A DNA stretch of 64,000 nucleotides from Octopus vulgaris. Lineage: Eukaryota. The stretch spans positions 12,338,001-12,402,000 of the forward strand of contig OX597815.1 in the NCBI GenBank assembly GCA_951406725.2, in the 5' to 3' direction. How positions within the stretch are numbered: the first letter of the stretch is position 1; each line of letters begins with the position of its first letter. The notes under the pieces are model-generated. The model was not told the origin of the DNA. It made no database searches and saw nothing but the letters and a program-made list of their open reading frames with translations. A program made the position numbers and the translations under genes. This document shows positions 52,394 to 64,000 of the stretch, in pieces.

Positions 52394-54245
52394 TATTAAA
52401 CGGTGGAGCGACTGAAAATATATTTTATAAATTCATGTTGCAAGAAATTTCCTATAACTCAAATTCTGAAGTTTATTGAATTTTTTTAACTCCAATTTCA
52501 CGCAAATTTAAATATTCATTTCATTCACTGCGTCCAATTCATCACAGGTTGAACTATTCACTCCATTCGCTGCGGAGTATTTCACTTCCGTTTGCAAAGT
52601 CTCTCATTTTGTCTTTTAAGATTTAATTCGCTATTTGGAAAAAAAAACAACAATATATTTTGTTAATGTATACGTAATGTAAAAACATTATTTTTTAGAT
52701 ACCCATATGATATTTGAACGCAGGATAGCTTTGAGAAGATCCTAGAAAGTCGGAAGATTCTAGAAAGTAGGTAGACGAGGAGGAGAAAAAATTACCGACT
52801 AGTACTCGAAACTAGCACTTTATTCACAGTTTCCAAACATTCTATACCACTAAGCCATTCTATACACAAACAAGTTGGTCGAGCGACTTCAACAATGGCA
52901 CACTCGCGCGCGCACACAGATACACATACACGGAAATGAAAAGCAATGAACGTGTGCGTATGTATGTGTGTGTGTGTGTGTGTGTACGCGCATTCATTGA
53001 CAAGACTTCGCGCCGCATCACTTTTGTGAAATGTTGTCAGTAAACAGATCGAGGTTTCAAAGCGACGAAAATATTTTGACACAAATGAAATTTTAATGTT
53101 GAAGTGACTTCGGTAATACTTAACGGTACTACTTAAATACAAGTCTTACGGACGTGTAATGTCACTTTAACCGTAACCTTAACCATAACTACACCTAAAA
53201 CTACTCTTCCCTTTCATATCATTACGTAGATGCATTAGGACTCTGTATATATATATAGTGCCGTGAAACTACCATTTTTTCCCAAGAAATTGAATGGCTT
53301 ACAAACTTCTCCACGCTGCAATTGTTTTTGTTTTAGCACACGATCTCAGATCTAGTCACTTGATATGCAAGTACATCTCCGTACATTTTTTACATCACTG
53401 TGGATAAATCCCAGCAATGACCTTCTCAAGCTCTCCAATATTTTAATTTCTAAACAGAAACAATCGGTGACAGGGAGTGAGGTTGCACAAAATTTATAAT
53501 TTCTTAAAGTGTCCTTTATGATAGCATATGAATGTATTAATGGGTTACAATTATTGAAAAACCTCAATGCATGCGAGAGTGTTACAAAAACGAGGAGTGT
53601 TGTCTTTGGATGTGCAAGAAACAACACCCAAACGGCCCTCACTTTCCCCTCTGAAAATATTATCAATTAAAAATAATTGCCGAAAATGCTCTTCCTGTGG
53701 TTTTGAAGTGCAAAAGAAAATGCCAAAAGAGGTCCGGAGTGGGATGATGAGGGAGGGTGTCAAAAAATGAGTTTTCAAAGCATTTTTCATACAAATATTC
53801 CCCTCCCCACCACAACGCTATCCTTTTGGAGGCTATGGATTACAAAAATGTGGGTAATCCCCGAAAAATAATTTCCCACAAATTTCTTTATGATCGTAAT
53901 GTATGCCATTTGAAAGGGATTTCTCTAAATTTTCATCAAAAGATACCTATCTTCCTGAAAGTTATGAGGGATAAAAGTCAGATCGGGCGAATTTTCCGAA
54001 ACTTCTCTCTCCACCCCCTTCGGAAAAATAATTTCCCTATAATCCCTACATAATCTCGAGGCACAACATCTAAGCAGTATTCGTAGAACATTTTGTGAAA
54101 AATTATCCAATTACTGGATATCGTAAGGCAAGAAATTCGGGGGGCTTATACATCTGTAGTAATGCCCGTTAATTTATACGAATGTTTCATTTCATGTTGA
54201 TTTCATTCATTGTTTGCAATGTTCTCTCTCCCCAACTCTCACTCA

Positions 54246-54282
<37 letters not shown>

Positions 54283-55617
54283 TCTATGTTGCTTTGATGG
54301 GAAAGTAAATCTTGATAAACTACTTTTTCCCTATTGTTGGACTACCATGATGTTAGTTAGAAAAAACGAGAGATTATGACTATGATAAAATAATGAAAAC
54401 AATATTTACTAAGCAAGTGAGCACCATTATACAAAGAAATAGAAATACTTAGACATAAATTATATAAAGAATATTAGAATTGGATATGTGAAAACATTAT
54501 CAAGGGGATAGCAGGAAACCGCCTAGAGGGCGGTCTTTCGCCTAGAATTAAATAAAAGAAGGAAAATGCACACAGTTTATTTTTGATGCAATATATATTT
54601 AAATATAAATCCACAAACATGTTTTGGGCTATAATAGAAGACGTCCAAGGTAACACGCAATGGGACTGAAACCGGAACAACACGAATGGAAAGCAAACCC
54701 CGTCCTGCAGTGTCACTACTACATATATAGATTTATATATGTATACGTATACACACACAAATACGCAGACACATGCAAACACACTAGTATTATTGTATAA
54801 CATGGTATAATTATTAAATAAACGTCACGAACACACTTGTATTCATAACTTCCTTAATATTTTTTTGATTTCACCACTTATCTAAATGCAGCAATATGAG
54901 TCTTTCTACATAATTCTTTCACATATTACTCTCATTTACACAAACCAGAGACACTGTATAAGCTCATCTAAACTACTGAACTTATGTAAATTAAATTAAA
55001 TTAAATTAATATACTCCGTGTATCTTATTTTGTTTGCTCTTATTTGATGTCTTTCAACAAGTTATACATTACTTAAATTATACGCCGATTAACTATTCCA
55101 TTTTCATTCTTCACGCAACCTACAATTTATATATCACTTATTTAAATGAAATTAATAAATTCACTTTATCTCATTATATTATGTCTTATACCATTTTATC
55201 TGAATGCTCTCATCTTGTTGTTCATTACGAGGAAGCTGATTGGTGTTAACACTGACATCATTTAAGTCTCTACATTTTTGCCTTTTCCTCCGGATACTTA
55301 GTATATCCCCTCTATTTCTACAGTCAGCGCTTAAAAAACCCAACGCCAAATTGCTACTGTATGGTTACTCCTTTACTGTATTTTCTTTACATCCCTCATA
55401 CTCTTTCCCCCGCCATATATAATTCTCATAATTCACCAACACTGCAAGTCACCATTGTAAATATGGTCTTTGCCATTATGTATGGGGGGGGGTTCGTCTT
55501 ATCTTACCATTGAACCTCTCCTTTCCAATTCATTTCTGTATACACTATTCATTGCATATAAAACATGTGTGTGTGTGCGTGTATGCGTTTGTGTGTATGT
55601 ATGAATGGATATATATA

Positions 55618-55918
55618 TCACCGTGACCGACCACGCCATCGGATGTTGTTACATATCACTAATCACAATGCGCTTCGCATTGTCTTAGCCTACAAATGAC
55701 GCCACTCCGCTGGCTAAGCGAGCAGGCCAACAGAAGAACGAGTGAGAGAAAGTTGTGGCGAAAGAGTACAGTAGGGATCGCCACCACCCCCTGTCGGAGC
55801 CTCGTGGAGCTTTAGGTGTTTTCACTCAATAAACACTCACAACGCCCGGTGTGGGAATCGAAACCGCGATCCTACGACCGCGAGTCCGCTGCCCTAGCCA
55901 CTAGGCCATTGCGCCTCC
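55618..55918 (-). mobile_element. SINE family C (tail type 2)
   Basis: Head matches 19517-19700; tail differs and ends ..GGTCGGTCACGGTGATATA. Confidence 0.88.
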
Positions 55919-55969
<51 letters not shown>

Positions 55970-55970
<1 letters not shown>

Positions 55971-56160
55971 TTTATGAAAATAAACAAAAGACGAAGGCAG
56001 GTGGAAAACAAACGAACAATTGTATTAGTATGGCGCTCAGGAAATATAAATAAAACAAGTCTTTAACGTTTCGAGCCTACGCTCTTCAACAGAAAGATAC
56101 ACAGAGAGAAAAACACAGAAAGAAGGAGAGAAAAAAATGCGTGCAGTAGCTAACGAATCA
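55970..56160 (-). mobile_element. Short Penelope-like element with a minimal hammerhead-like motif, between (TA)n tracts
   Basis: Minus strand TCTTT-CTGTTGA-A-GAGC-GTAG-GCTC-GAAAC-GTT-AAAGA (56097-56060) plus TTTCCTGAGCG. Confidence 0.65.
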
Positions 56161-56206
<46 letters not shown>

Positions 56207-57350
56207 ACATGTGTGTATGTATATATGTATCCATACCCTCTTCCAAATCTTCACTTGTATATGTCTAAGTATCACTAGCTATAAAAGTTAATCTCTCTCT
56301 ACCTCCTACGTTTATGATCCTGTCTTTCCCTTCTACTCCTGTCTTTCCCTTCTACTCCTCATTAGACCCAAAGAACATTATCACATTCTTTACCACGATA
56401 CATCCGGTAACTACCGAAATTAAATATTAAGGATCAGCCCCATTTTTCCTCCCTGAAGATGAAATACCCGCTACTATATGGAATGCTTATCTTCTTCCAC
56501 TAAGAAATACACCATATGTGCATCTATTCTTGAAACAGCTGTATGGCACAATCTGTACAACTCCTTACTCCCTTATTTATATGACACATGTGAAATTCAT
56601 AAATCATACAGTAAAAGCTCTGCAATTATGTATAAATATCTCTTCCATGCTTCTACTGCACAGTAATCTTTGAATAATAAACTATTTATAGACTGTCATT
56701 ACTAGGCAGCTACAGAACTGCTTTGCTTTAGCTGCGGTTCAAGTAGTAGTTTTAGGCGGTAAGTGATCCTGAGCTCAGTAGGCATAGTCTAAATAGCTAC
56801 TGCATAACATCATTAGAAGCAATTTTATCTGAACTCTCTGGATGAGTATACACACACACACATATATACAAGCACGCAAGCACACATTATGACCATGATA
56901 AAATAAATAATTAAAGCAATATATACAAAGCAAGTGAGCACCATTATACAAAGAAATAATTAGATGTAAAATATAAGCACTATTAGAATTGGAAATGTGA
57001 AAACATATTCAAGCGGCTAGCAGGAAACCATCTCTGTGTGTGTGTTTGTGTGTGTGTGTGTCAAGCCTTAAAATTGTGGGCCTTCGTGTACAGTAAAACA
57101 ATATTTAACTTTATTTGCATTCTAATATTGTGAACTAGAATTCTCGGTGGATAAAAAATGTTTCTGCACCGATGCTATCTATTTTTAATGAAAATAATCT
57201 TCTCCTTATTAATGTAAATTATATGTAAATGTAACAATATGATAATTAAATAATTTGGTTGTTCTTCTTAACAGACTTTCATACATATTTATTTACGTAT
57301 ACCTACATGCACACACAATCATACAGACATCCGCCACATGTATATTTATA

Positions 57351-57428
<78 letters not shown>

Positions 57429-57844
57429 TAGATAGATATATGTTCCTGTATTTCATATATATATATATTATATTTATACAAACGTCATACATATATCCAT
57501 TTGACATATACACGCATGAATACATACACATATATATGTATGTGAATTGTACTAATGAAGTATAATAAACCATGGGAAAATATTCAAATTTTGCATTCTC
57601 TAAAGTAACATGTGTGAGCAAAAAAAAATCAAATCTCTTACGAGATTGTTCTTTCTTGAACTTGAGAGCAAAATAAAATATGTATTGGTATATATAGGTA
57701 TATATATGTATGTATGTATGTGTGCGTGCTCCTGCGCGTGTGTTTGCTTGTGAGTGTACGTGTTTGTATGTGTATTTATAAATATACACGTACCTATTAT
57801 ATATATATATATACATGTGTACATACACACACACGCACACACAC

Positions 57845-57905
<61 letters not shown>

Positions 57906-59270
57906 TATATATATATATATATATACCAACCCGTTGGGAATTCTGTCTGAGATGATGCATTAAGTGAGCATAATTTCATTAGATTAGGTGCAAATACAAT
58001 TATATATGCTTTTAAAAAATACGGTATTGTCGTTTATTTTATATCATTTTATATTTGATTGAAAGTAATTCGCCGTCGGACTTCTTCAGACTAGAATTAC
58101 TTACAACAGTACTTATTAATGCTGTAGTTAGGATTTGCACATTAATTTAATATTTGAGCTTGATAAGATGAAATTGTGTGATTGTAGACATTATTCTGCT
58201 GTTTATTCGACGAAATTTGTATAACCTGATATTGGTCATGAAAATAATTAACACAAGTTGGGAACTATTTTCTTGCAGCTGGCAGCAAATATATTTCATT
58301 GATTATTGCAACATATTTGGAGTGAGGAGTATAGTTCATACTTCGAATATCCGCAGTGAATATAGGATATGATTTGATTTTTAGAAATGTTTTCGTATTG
58401 AATATTAAATGTAGAAGGCTTAACAAATGCATATACATGAGGTCAGCTGAGAATAACGTAAGAATTTTAGATGATTCCTCCGTTACTCAACACTCCACTT
58501 CCAATTTTTATATTTGCTGCTATATTTTTCAGGTGTTAACCAACACCCCATATGAAATTGCTGGACCACAAATGGTCTTGTGCTATAATGAAGTACGTTA
58601 GTATATGGATTCTGTAATTTTGATTCCGATCTAGCATATTATATTGCATTGTATAATTATTGTAGCGTTATATTGCAAATTTGAATCTGAATAGTAGTCT
58701 GTTTCTCACAAGAAATAGAAAGAAAATTTGTCTGGATGCGTCACAGTATAAACCAGATATCTGTTTAATTATACACTTCATAATGTAAAGCAACGGTTAT
58801 TTAGAATTTCAGTGGTATAATTGTCTGATATTGTAATACTTCTGCGAAATCATGTTCTTACAGTGCATAAATATGATCAAATGTAATGGAGATATTTAGA
58901 TTTCACTAAAATATTTGAGTATAACCAAAAAAATTGTAACTTGAAAACGCATATATTTTCTGAAGTGGAAAAAATGATTTCCTTACCATTATCGAAAAAA
59001 CTATAATTAGGAAAACTGGGATCGATACATGCATACGTAAGAAAAGTAAAAAGAAGAGGAAAAATGTTGCGAAACGAAGGAGGGAAGACGTATCGGGATA
59101 GAGGAGAGGTGTTACTGAAAGTTTGGGTAAGAATAATGGAAGTATAATGTCTATGGAAACGAACGACCATACTCGGAGAAGAGTAAAACCCAGTGTTTAC
59201 TGTCTACTTGGGCTCGACCAATTGAGCCAAATATAATTTTTCTCATAAAACTAAGAGGAAACAATCTCAC

Positions 59271-59453
59271 CTTTAGATTTCTAGCATGGTCCCCTAATAA
59301 AGATTCAGTATCTTCTGCAATTGTTACTGTTGACGTCCTACATTTTTCCCACACTGTTCCGTTAGCTTTATAAACGGAGACTTCTATTTCATCACAGTGT
59401 AAGATATTCGCTCTTTCTAACATATTTCCAAAGGATTTTACAGATGTTTCTTT
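59271..59453 (-). CDS. Candidate internal coding exon of an unidentified host gene (61 aa, phase 0/0)
   Basis: Long poly-T tract plus AATATTCAG acceptor, donor AAG|GTGAGA, 183 nt open: KETSVKSFGNMLERANILHCDEIEVSVYKANGTVWEKCRTSTVTIAEDTESLLGDHARNLK. Confidence 0.6.
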
Positions 59454-59519
59454 CTGAATATTTGCAGCAAAAAAAACAAAACAAAAAAACAATTTAATAG
59501 CATGAACAGGATAAATTAT

Positions 59520-59800
59520 CAATTTGAGTTTGATGATAAGCTCCTTGAAGTATTACTTGAAGAAAATCCTGCATTATCAGTTGAATAATTGGCAATAAAT
59601 CTTAGTACAAATCATACAACTGTTCATCATCATCTTCAACAACTTGGAAAGGTTCCTAAACTTGGAAAATGTGTGCCTCATGAATTGTCCGAAAGCAACC
59701 AAAAATCTCGAGTTGACATCTACTCTACTCTCTATTCTCGCGAACTCATTTTACCCTTTTTGTATAGAGTTGTGACTGATGACAAAAACATGGATCTTCT
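59520..59800 (+). pseudogene. Mariner transposase fragment
   Basis: EFDDKLLEVLLEENP..LA..L..NHTTVHHHLQQLGKVPKLGKCVPHELSE..PFLYRVVTDD (WVPHEL motif and first catalytic D region). Confidence 0.85.
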
Positions 59801-59810
59801 CTCAAGCCCA

Positions 59811-60980
59811 TAATTGTTAAACCCTTCTACACTAGCATCATATGCTAGCAGGTCTTCTTTGCTGTTTACCAAATACTCTGACATGCTTCTTCTTTCCATG
59901 TTTATGTACTCCCGCACGCTAATCAGCCTACGTCCACTTTTCCCTCTCTTTATGTGCCTGTGTACATTTGCCTTAGGGTGGAGGGCACCAAGCATTTTCA
60001 TTGCCTTTCGAGTAGTGCGATCAAGTTAGTCAATCTCCGCTTGTGTCCCTTTCAGGATGGGTGCACGATAGTAGACAAAAGCATCAGCCCATATGCTGAT
60101 GGCATTCACTAGGCTTCTTGAGTTGCGTTTTGATTTCAAGACAAGTTTTAGGTGCTTGGCATATGCAGTGATGAACTTCTGTTTCATTTCTTTGTGAATG
60201 ATATTGTTCAGCTCCAGGATCGCAAGTTACTTGTACACATCACCATTCGGTTCTTCCACTCTCTCTCCGTTTGGCAATTCTATGTCCCGACAATTTACTC
60301 TTTTCCCCACGCTTCAAAATAAGCACCACACCTTTCGAGATACAGAATATCATCCAGTATTTCATTGCTGCACATTTTTGAGTCGTCTTAAACAGCTTCT
60401 CCATTTTGGGTTCCGTTTTTGTGAACAGTTTTAAATCATCCATGAAGAGAAGGTGATTGAAACGAGGTGTATTCTTTTTCAGCTCATAGTTAACGTTGAT
60501 TTTGCGCATGAATACAGAAAGTGAGACCAAGTCTAAAAATTAAAAAAAATATAACAAAGGTGAACAAGAGTCTCCTTGGAAGATATCGCTTTTGATTGTT
60601 ACCTGGGTTAAGTGCTGGTTGTTATAGGAAAGACGTGTTTTCAATCTAGGCATGCTGTTCTTAATCAGTGCACACACGTTCTCAGCTACTTCACACATGT
60701 CGAGTGTTTCCAAAATCCACGAATATGTCAACGTCGTGAACCATTTTGAAGCCTATTCAGGCCATGCAAGAGATTATATTTGTACCGTTTATAGTTCTTC
60801 ATTATAACCGTGTCCATCAACAAGGTGATATTTGGTGCCCTTGGATCATTTTAGGCATCCCTTTCGTTCTACTGGCAGTAGATTGTTTTCCTCAAGGAAC
60901 GTATATATTTTCCCTACGAGAGTACCTGTTAATATTTTCCATAGAAGATTAAAACAAGCAATGGGTCGGTAATTGCCCCT
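59811..60980 (-). mobile_element. R4/Dong-like retrotransposon RT region, decayed
   Basis: GNYRPIACFNLLWKILTG, IFQGDSCSPLL, NHLLFMDDLKLF, GALHPKANVHR. Confidence 0.88.
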
Positions 60981-61151
60981 ACCATACATTCCAGAACTGC
61001 ACCGCTCTGTAGGCAATTGTCTAATTAAAACGCAATTCTCTTATGTACTGACCTAAACCATTCTTCTTCTTCTTCCTCTTGTTCTTCTTCTTCTTCTTCT
61101 TCTTGAAATTATATTTATTATATCATTATTATTATTATTATTATTATTATT

Positions 61152-61591
61152 CAGTAGTTTTATTTTTATAGCGTGCTTTCACTTCACTACCGAGCGCAGC
61201 TCTGTGTGCCTTGGGTATGTGCTGTGATTTGTTGTGATGCTCTGATGGTTATTGTATGGAAAGTGTTCTGCGTAGGATGTGTGCAGTGCCTAGTAGTGCA
61301 ATTTTCTGTATGTTATATGTGTTTGTAAGTCCTGGTGTTTTTGTTATGTATTTGTCTGAATATTTTTTTATCATGCCTAATGCACCTACTATGATAGGAA
61401 TTGTTTCTGTTTTCAGATTCCACATTCTAGTTACCTCTATTTCCAGGTCTTTGTATTTTGAGAGTTTCTCCATTTCTTTTAGAGACACGTTGTCATCAGC
61501 CGGTATTGATACATCAATTAGAAAGCATTTTTTTCTTCATGATCTCTGACAACTATATCTGGTCTGTTGGCCTTAATTTCTCTATCTGTGT

Positions 61592-61593
<2 letters not shown>
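61152..61593 (-). mobile_element. 5'-truncated young R4/Dong-like element (RLE endonuclease plus 3'UTR) inserted in (AAT)n
   Basis: HTDREIKANRPDIVV..FLIDVSIP..KEMEKLSKYKDL..PIIVGALG..LLGTAHILRRTL; one frameshift in an A7 run; (ATT)n on both flanks. Confidence 0.9.
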
Positions 61594-61636
<43 letters not shown>

Positions 61637-62424
61637 GTAGTAGTAGTAGTAGTACGGCAATTTGATTAGACTTTTTAGAATTCTGCCACAGTCAATTCTA
61701 TGAAATATTCATGTTTGGGGACCATTTGAACACTATAACTCGTTGCTATATATCTGCATGTCTTCAGGTTATATACCGATTATATGACATTTAGGCATTA
61801 TTCCGAGCTATTGCGCGAATATAGACAAGGAGCTACCGTCACATGTTCTCTAAATTTTAGAAGTGTTAAGGACATTATTTTGTAAAATTTAATCACAGGT
61901 GTTGTAAAAGAAGTGATCATATTATTCAAGCTCTGTTAATCATTCTCTAATTTTGAAGTAACTGCATGCAAATATTATTTACAGGAAATACATCTACGCT
62001 GTATAGCTCACCATGTTGTGCTTCTCTTTCAGATCACTATCAGTTTTTCCATTCCATACCTGAAGTCTTACGCGTTAAGAAATATCAATAATGTCCAATA
62101 TTGGGAGGTACGACCTTCAATCATCCTTGTTCTATGTGGCTCTGTTTTATGATATAACGAGAGGAAAATAAAGCTTTTTTTCTTTCATTATATGCTCGAG
62201 ACAAAATATTCAACTAGCACATGTTGATATTTAAATATTTCCTGTGTATTGATTTGCTGCGCCATAGAGTTGGCAAACAAATATTCTTAATAAGAAAACA
62301 TTTACTAAATATACGTCACGTCTGAATACATTGAATTTCAAAACATTTTTCTATTTCATGTCTCTATAAATAAATAAATAAATAAATATAAATAAATATA
62401 AATTTATATATAAATAAATAACTA

Positions 62425-62486
<62 letters not shown>

Positions 62487-62659
62487 AATGGAATGAAAAA
62501 TTAGCAATTGTTGCTAGAATTTAAAATACGGCAATATATCACAACTGAATGTGGGCAAGAACAATCAAGGAGAAGCAAATAGATCGGTTGATTACACATA
62601 AAAATAAATTCGTCTTCGATAAGATATGCGGGAAAATAAGCCCAATTCTCTAGACCTGA

Positions 62660-62985
62660 AGACCCCCTTCGGTCATGAATGACCATGGGATTGCACCTAG
62701 AAAGTTACCCTCCTTGACACAAGTCCGGGCACGGTTGTTTATGGAAGACCAGCAGTCGCCCATGCATACCAGCCTCCCCTCTCCACACCACTGATGTTAT
62801 CCAAGGGAAAGACAAAGGTCGATACAGCTTGGCACCAGTGACGTCGCAACTCATTTCAACAGCTGAGTGAACTGGAGCAACGTGAAATAAAGTGCCTTGC
62901 TCAAGAACACATCACCCAGCCCGGTCCGGGATTCGAGCTCACAACCTCACGATCGTAAGCCAGACGCTCTAACCACTGAGCCATA
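62660..62985 (-). mobile_element. tRNA-derived SINE, family E (V/CORE-like body)
   Basis: Head TGGCTCAGTGGTTAGAGCG..CTCGAATCCC; body TTGAGCAAGGCACTTTA..CTCCAGTTCACTCAGCTG. Confidence 0.85.
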
Positions 62986-63292
62986 TAGCATTGCATATTA
63001 ACAATATGATTATCCCCTTCTCTAAGTCTCTCCCCGAAGGCACAAACATCGTAAAATATGAAGGAACCAGTGCAAATATTGCTAGTCTTTATTCACGCAA
63101 AATTATTATGATATGGTTCGATAAGAAAATTTACTGAATACTTATCTCAACTGAATGTTATGATCAGCAGGATGTCGATAGGAATGCTGAGAAATGTTTG
63201 GTTGGCTAGAATGCTCGACTTCAATAATTACCGTGGGAAAATGTAGAGAGATGACGAGAGAGTATATGCATGAATAAATGCGTCTTTCTTAC

Positions 63293-63501
63293 ACTTCGCG
63301 ACAAAGTGTGAATAAGCATCCAACATCGGCGTAAGAAACTGTCACATCGTTTATCTAGTTAGAATTTAAGCACTTTATTTAATAATTCTAGAGTCGAATT
63401 GAATCCAGTCCTGTACGTAAAGTTAAAATTAGCTGATGCTAATTTATCAGTGTGGTGCCATAACGTCTGGTACAGGATTTGAAGGGTGAGAAACAGTGAA
63501 G
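63293..63501 (-). CDS. Candidate exon (5'UTR plus start, or a coding exon with one in-frame TAA)
   Basis: Acceptor TTTTTTCTCTGTTACAG, donor AGT|GTAAGA, 209 nt. One frame is open except TAA at 63361-63359; ATG at 63319 gives MLIHTLSRS, ending in phase 0, which is compatible with exon 59453. Confidence 0.4.
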
Positions 63502-63564
63502 CTGTAACAGAGAAAAAATAAACGAGTCGCCTAACTTCAAATAGGAATTCAATTAAGTAGTTGT

Positions 63565-63589
63565 TATATATATATATATGTATACATGT

Positions 63590-63655
<66 letters not shown>

Positions 63656-64000
63656 GTACATAGCAGTGTGTGCGCTTGTGTGTATGTGTACACATATATA
63701 TATATATAATATATATATATATGTATGTGTATATATATGTATACATGTATACATATATATATATATAACAACTACTTATATAACAACTACTATATATAAC
63801 AACTACTATATATAACAACTACTATATATAATATATATATATATCTATATATGTATATATATATATATATATGTACATATATATGTATATATATATATAT
63901 ACATATACACACATACATACACACACATACACACACACATATATATATATATATATATGCATGTATATGGTTATATGTATATTCGTGTATATACTTATAC
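63565..64000. repeat. (TA)n/(CA)n tracts plus a ~16-bp minisatellite (TATATAACAACTACTA x4, ~63762-63830)
   Basis: Directly visible. Confidence 0.9.

Noticed and set aside
53260-54180. Possible non-autonomous DNA transposon body
   Set aside because: No matching termini or second copy found in the window.
58532-58601. Plus-strand acceptor with a short ORF (VLTNTPYEIAGPQ..)
   Set aside because: Short, no strong donor and no partner exons on the plus strand.

Overview
AT-rich, microsatellite-saturated eukaryotic DNA. The SINE families and repeat landscape suggest a coleoid cephalopod such as Octopus (inference). There is no prokaryotic operon, CRISPR array, rRNA gene or true tRNA gene, and nearly all ORF-track entries are translations of (TA)n/(CA)n/(TACA)n repeats. 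Identifiable content: (1) at least five tRNA-derived SINE families, several with target-site duplications; (2) decayed LINEs (R4/Dong-like at AAT repeats, CR1-like, RTE, a LINE tail in a TATC tract); (3) DNA-transposon relics (mariner, Tc1/rosa-like, piggyBac, two non-autonomous Helitrons); (4) several long palindromes or fold-back elements; (5) candidate minus-strand exons of an unidentified host gene (63501-63293, 59453-59271, 44095-43916). The most notable signal is a set of six type I hammerhead-ribozyme-like motifs in short non-coding elements. One has a fully canonical core (47501-47595) and one lies inside a direct-repeat-bounded, retrozyme-like element (24737-25389). All calls were made by eye; the boundaries of decayed elements are approximate.
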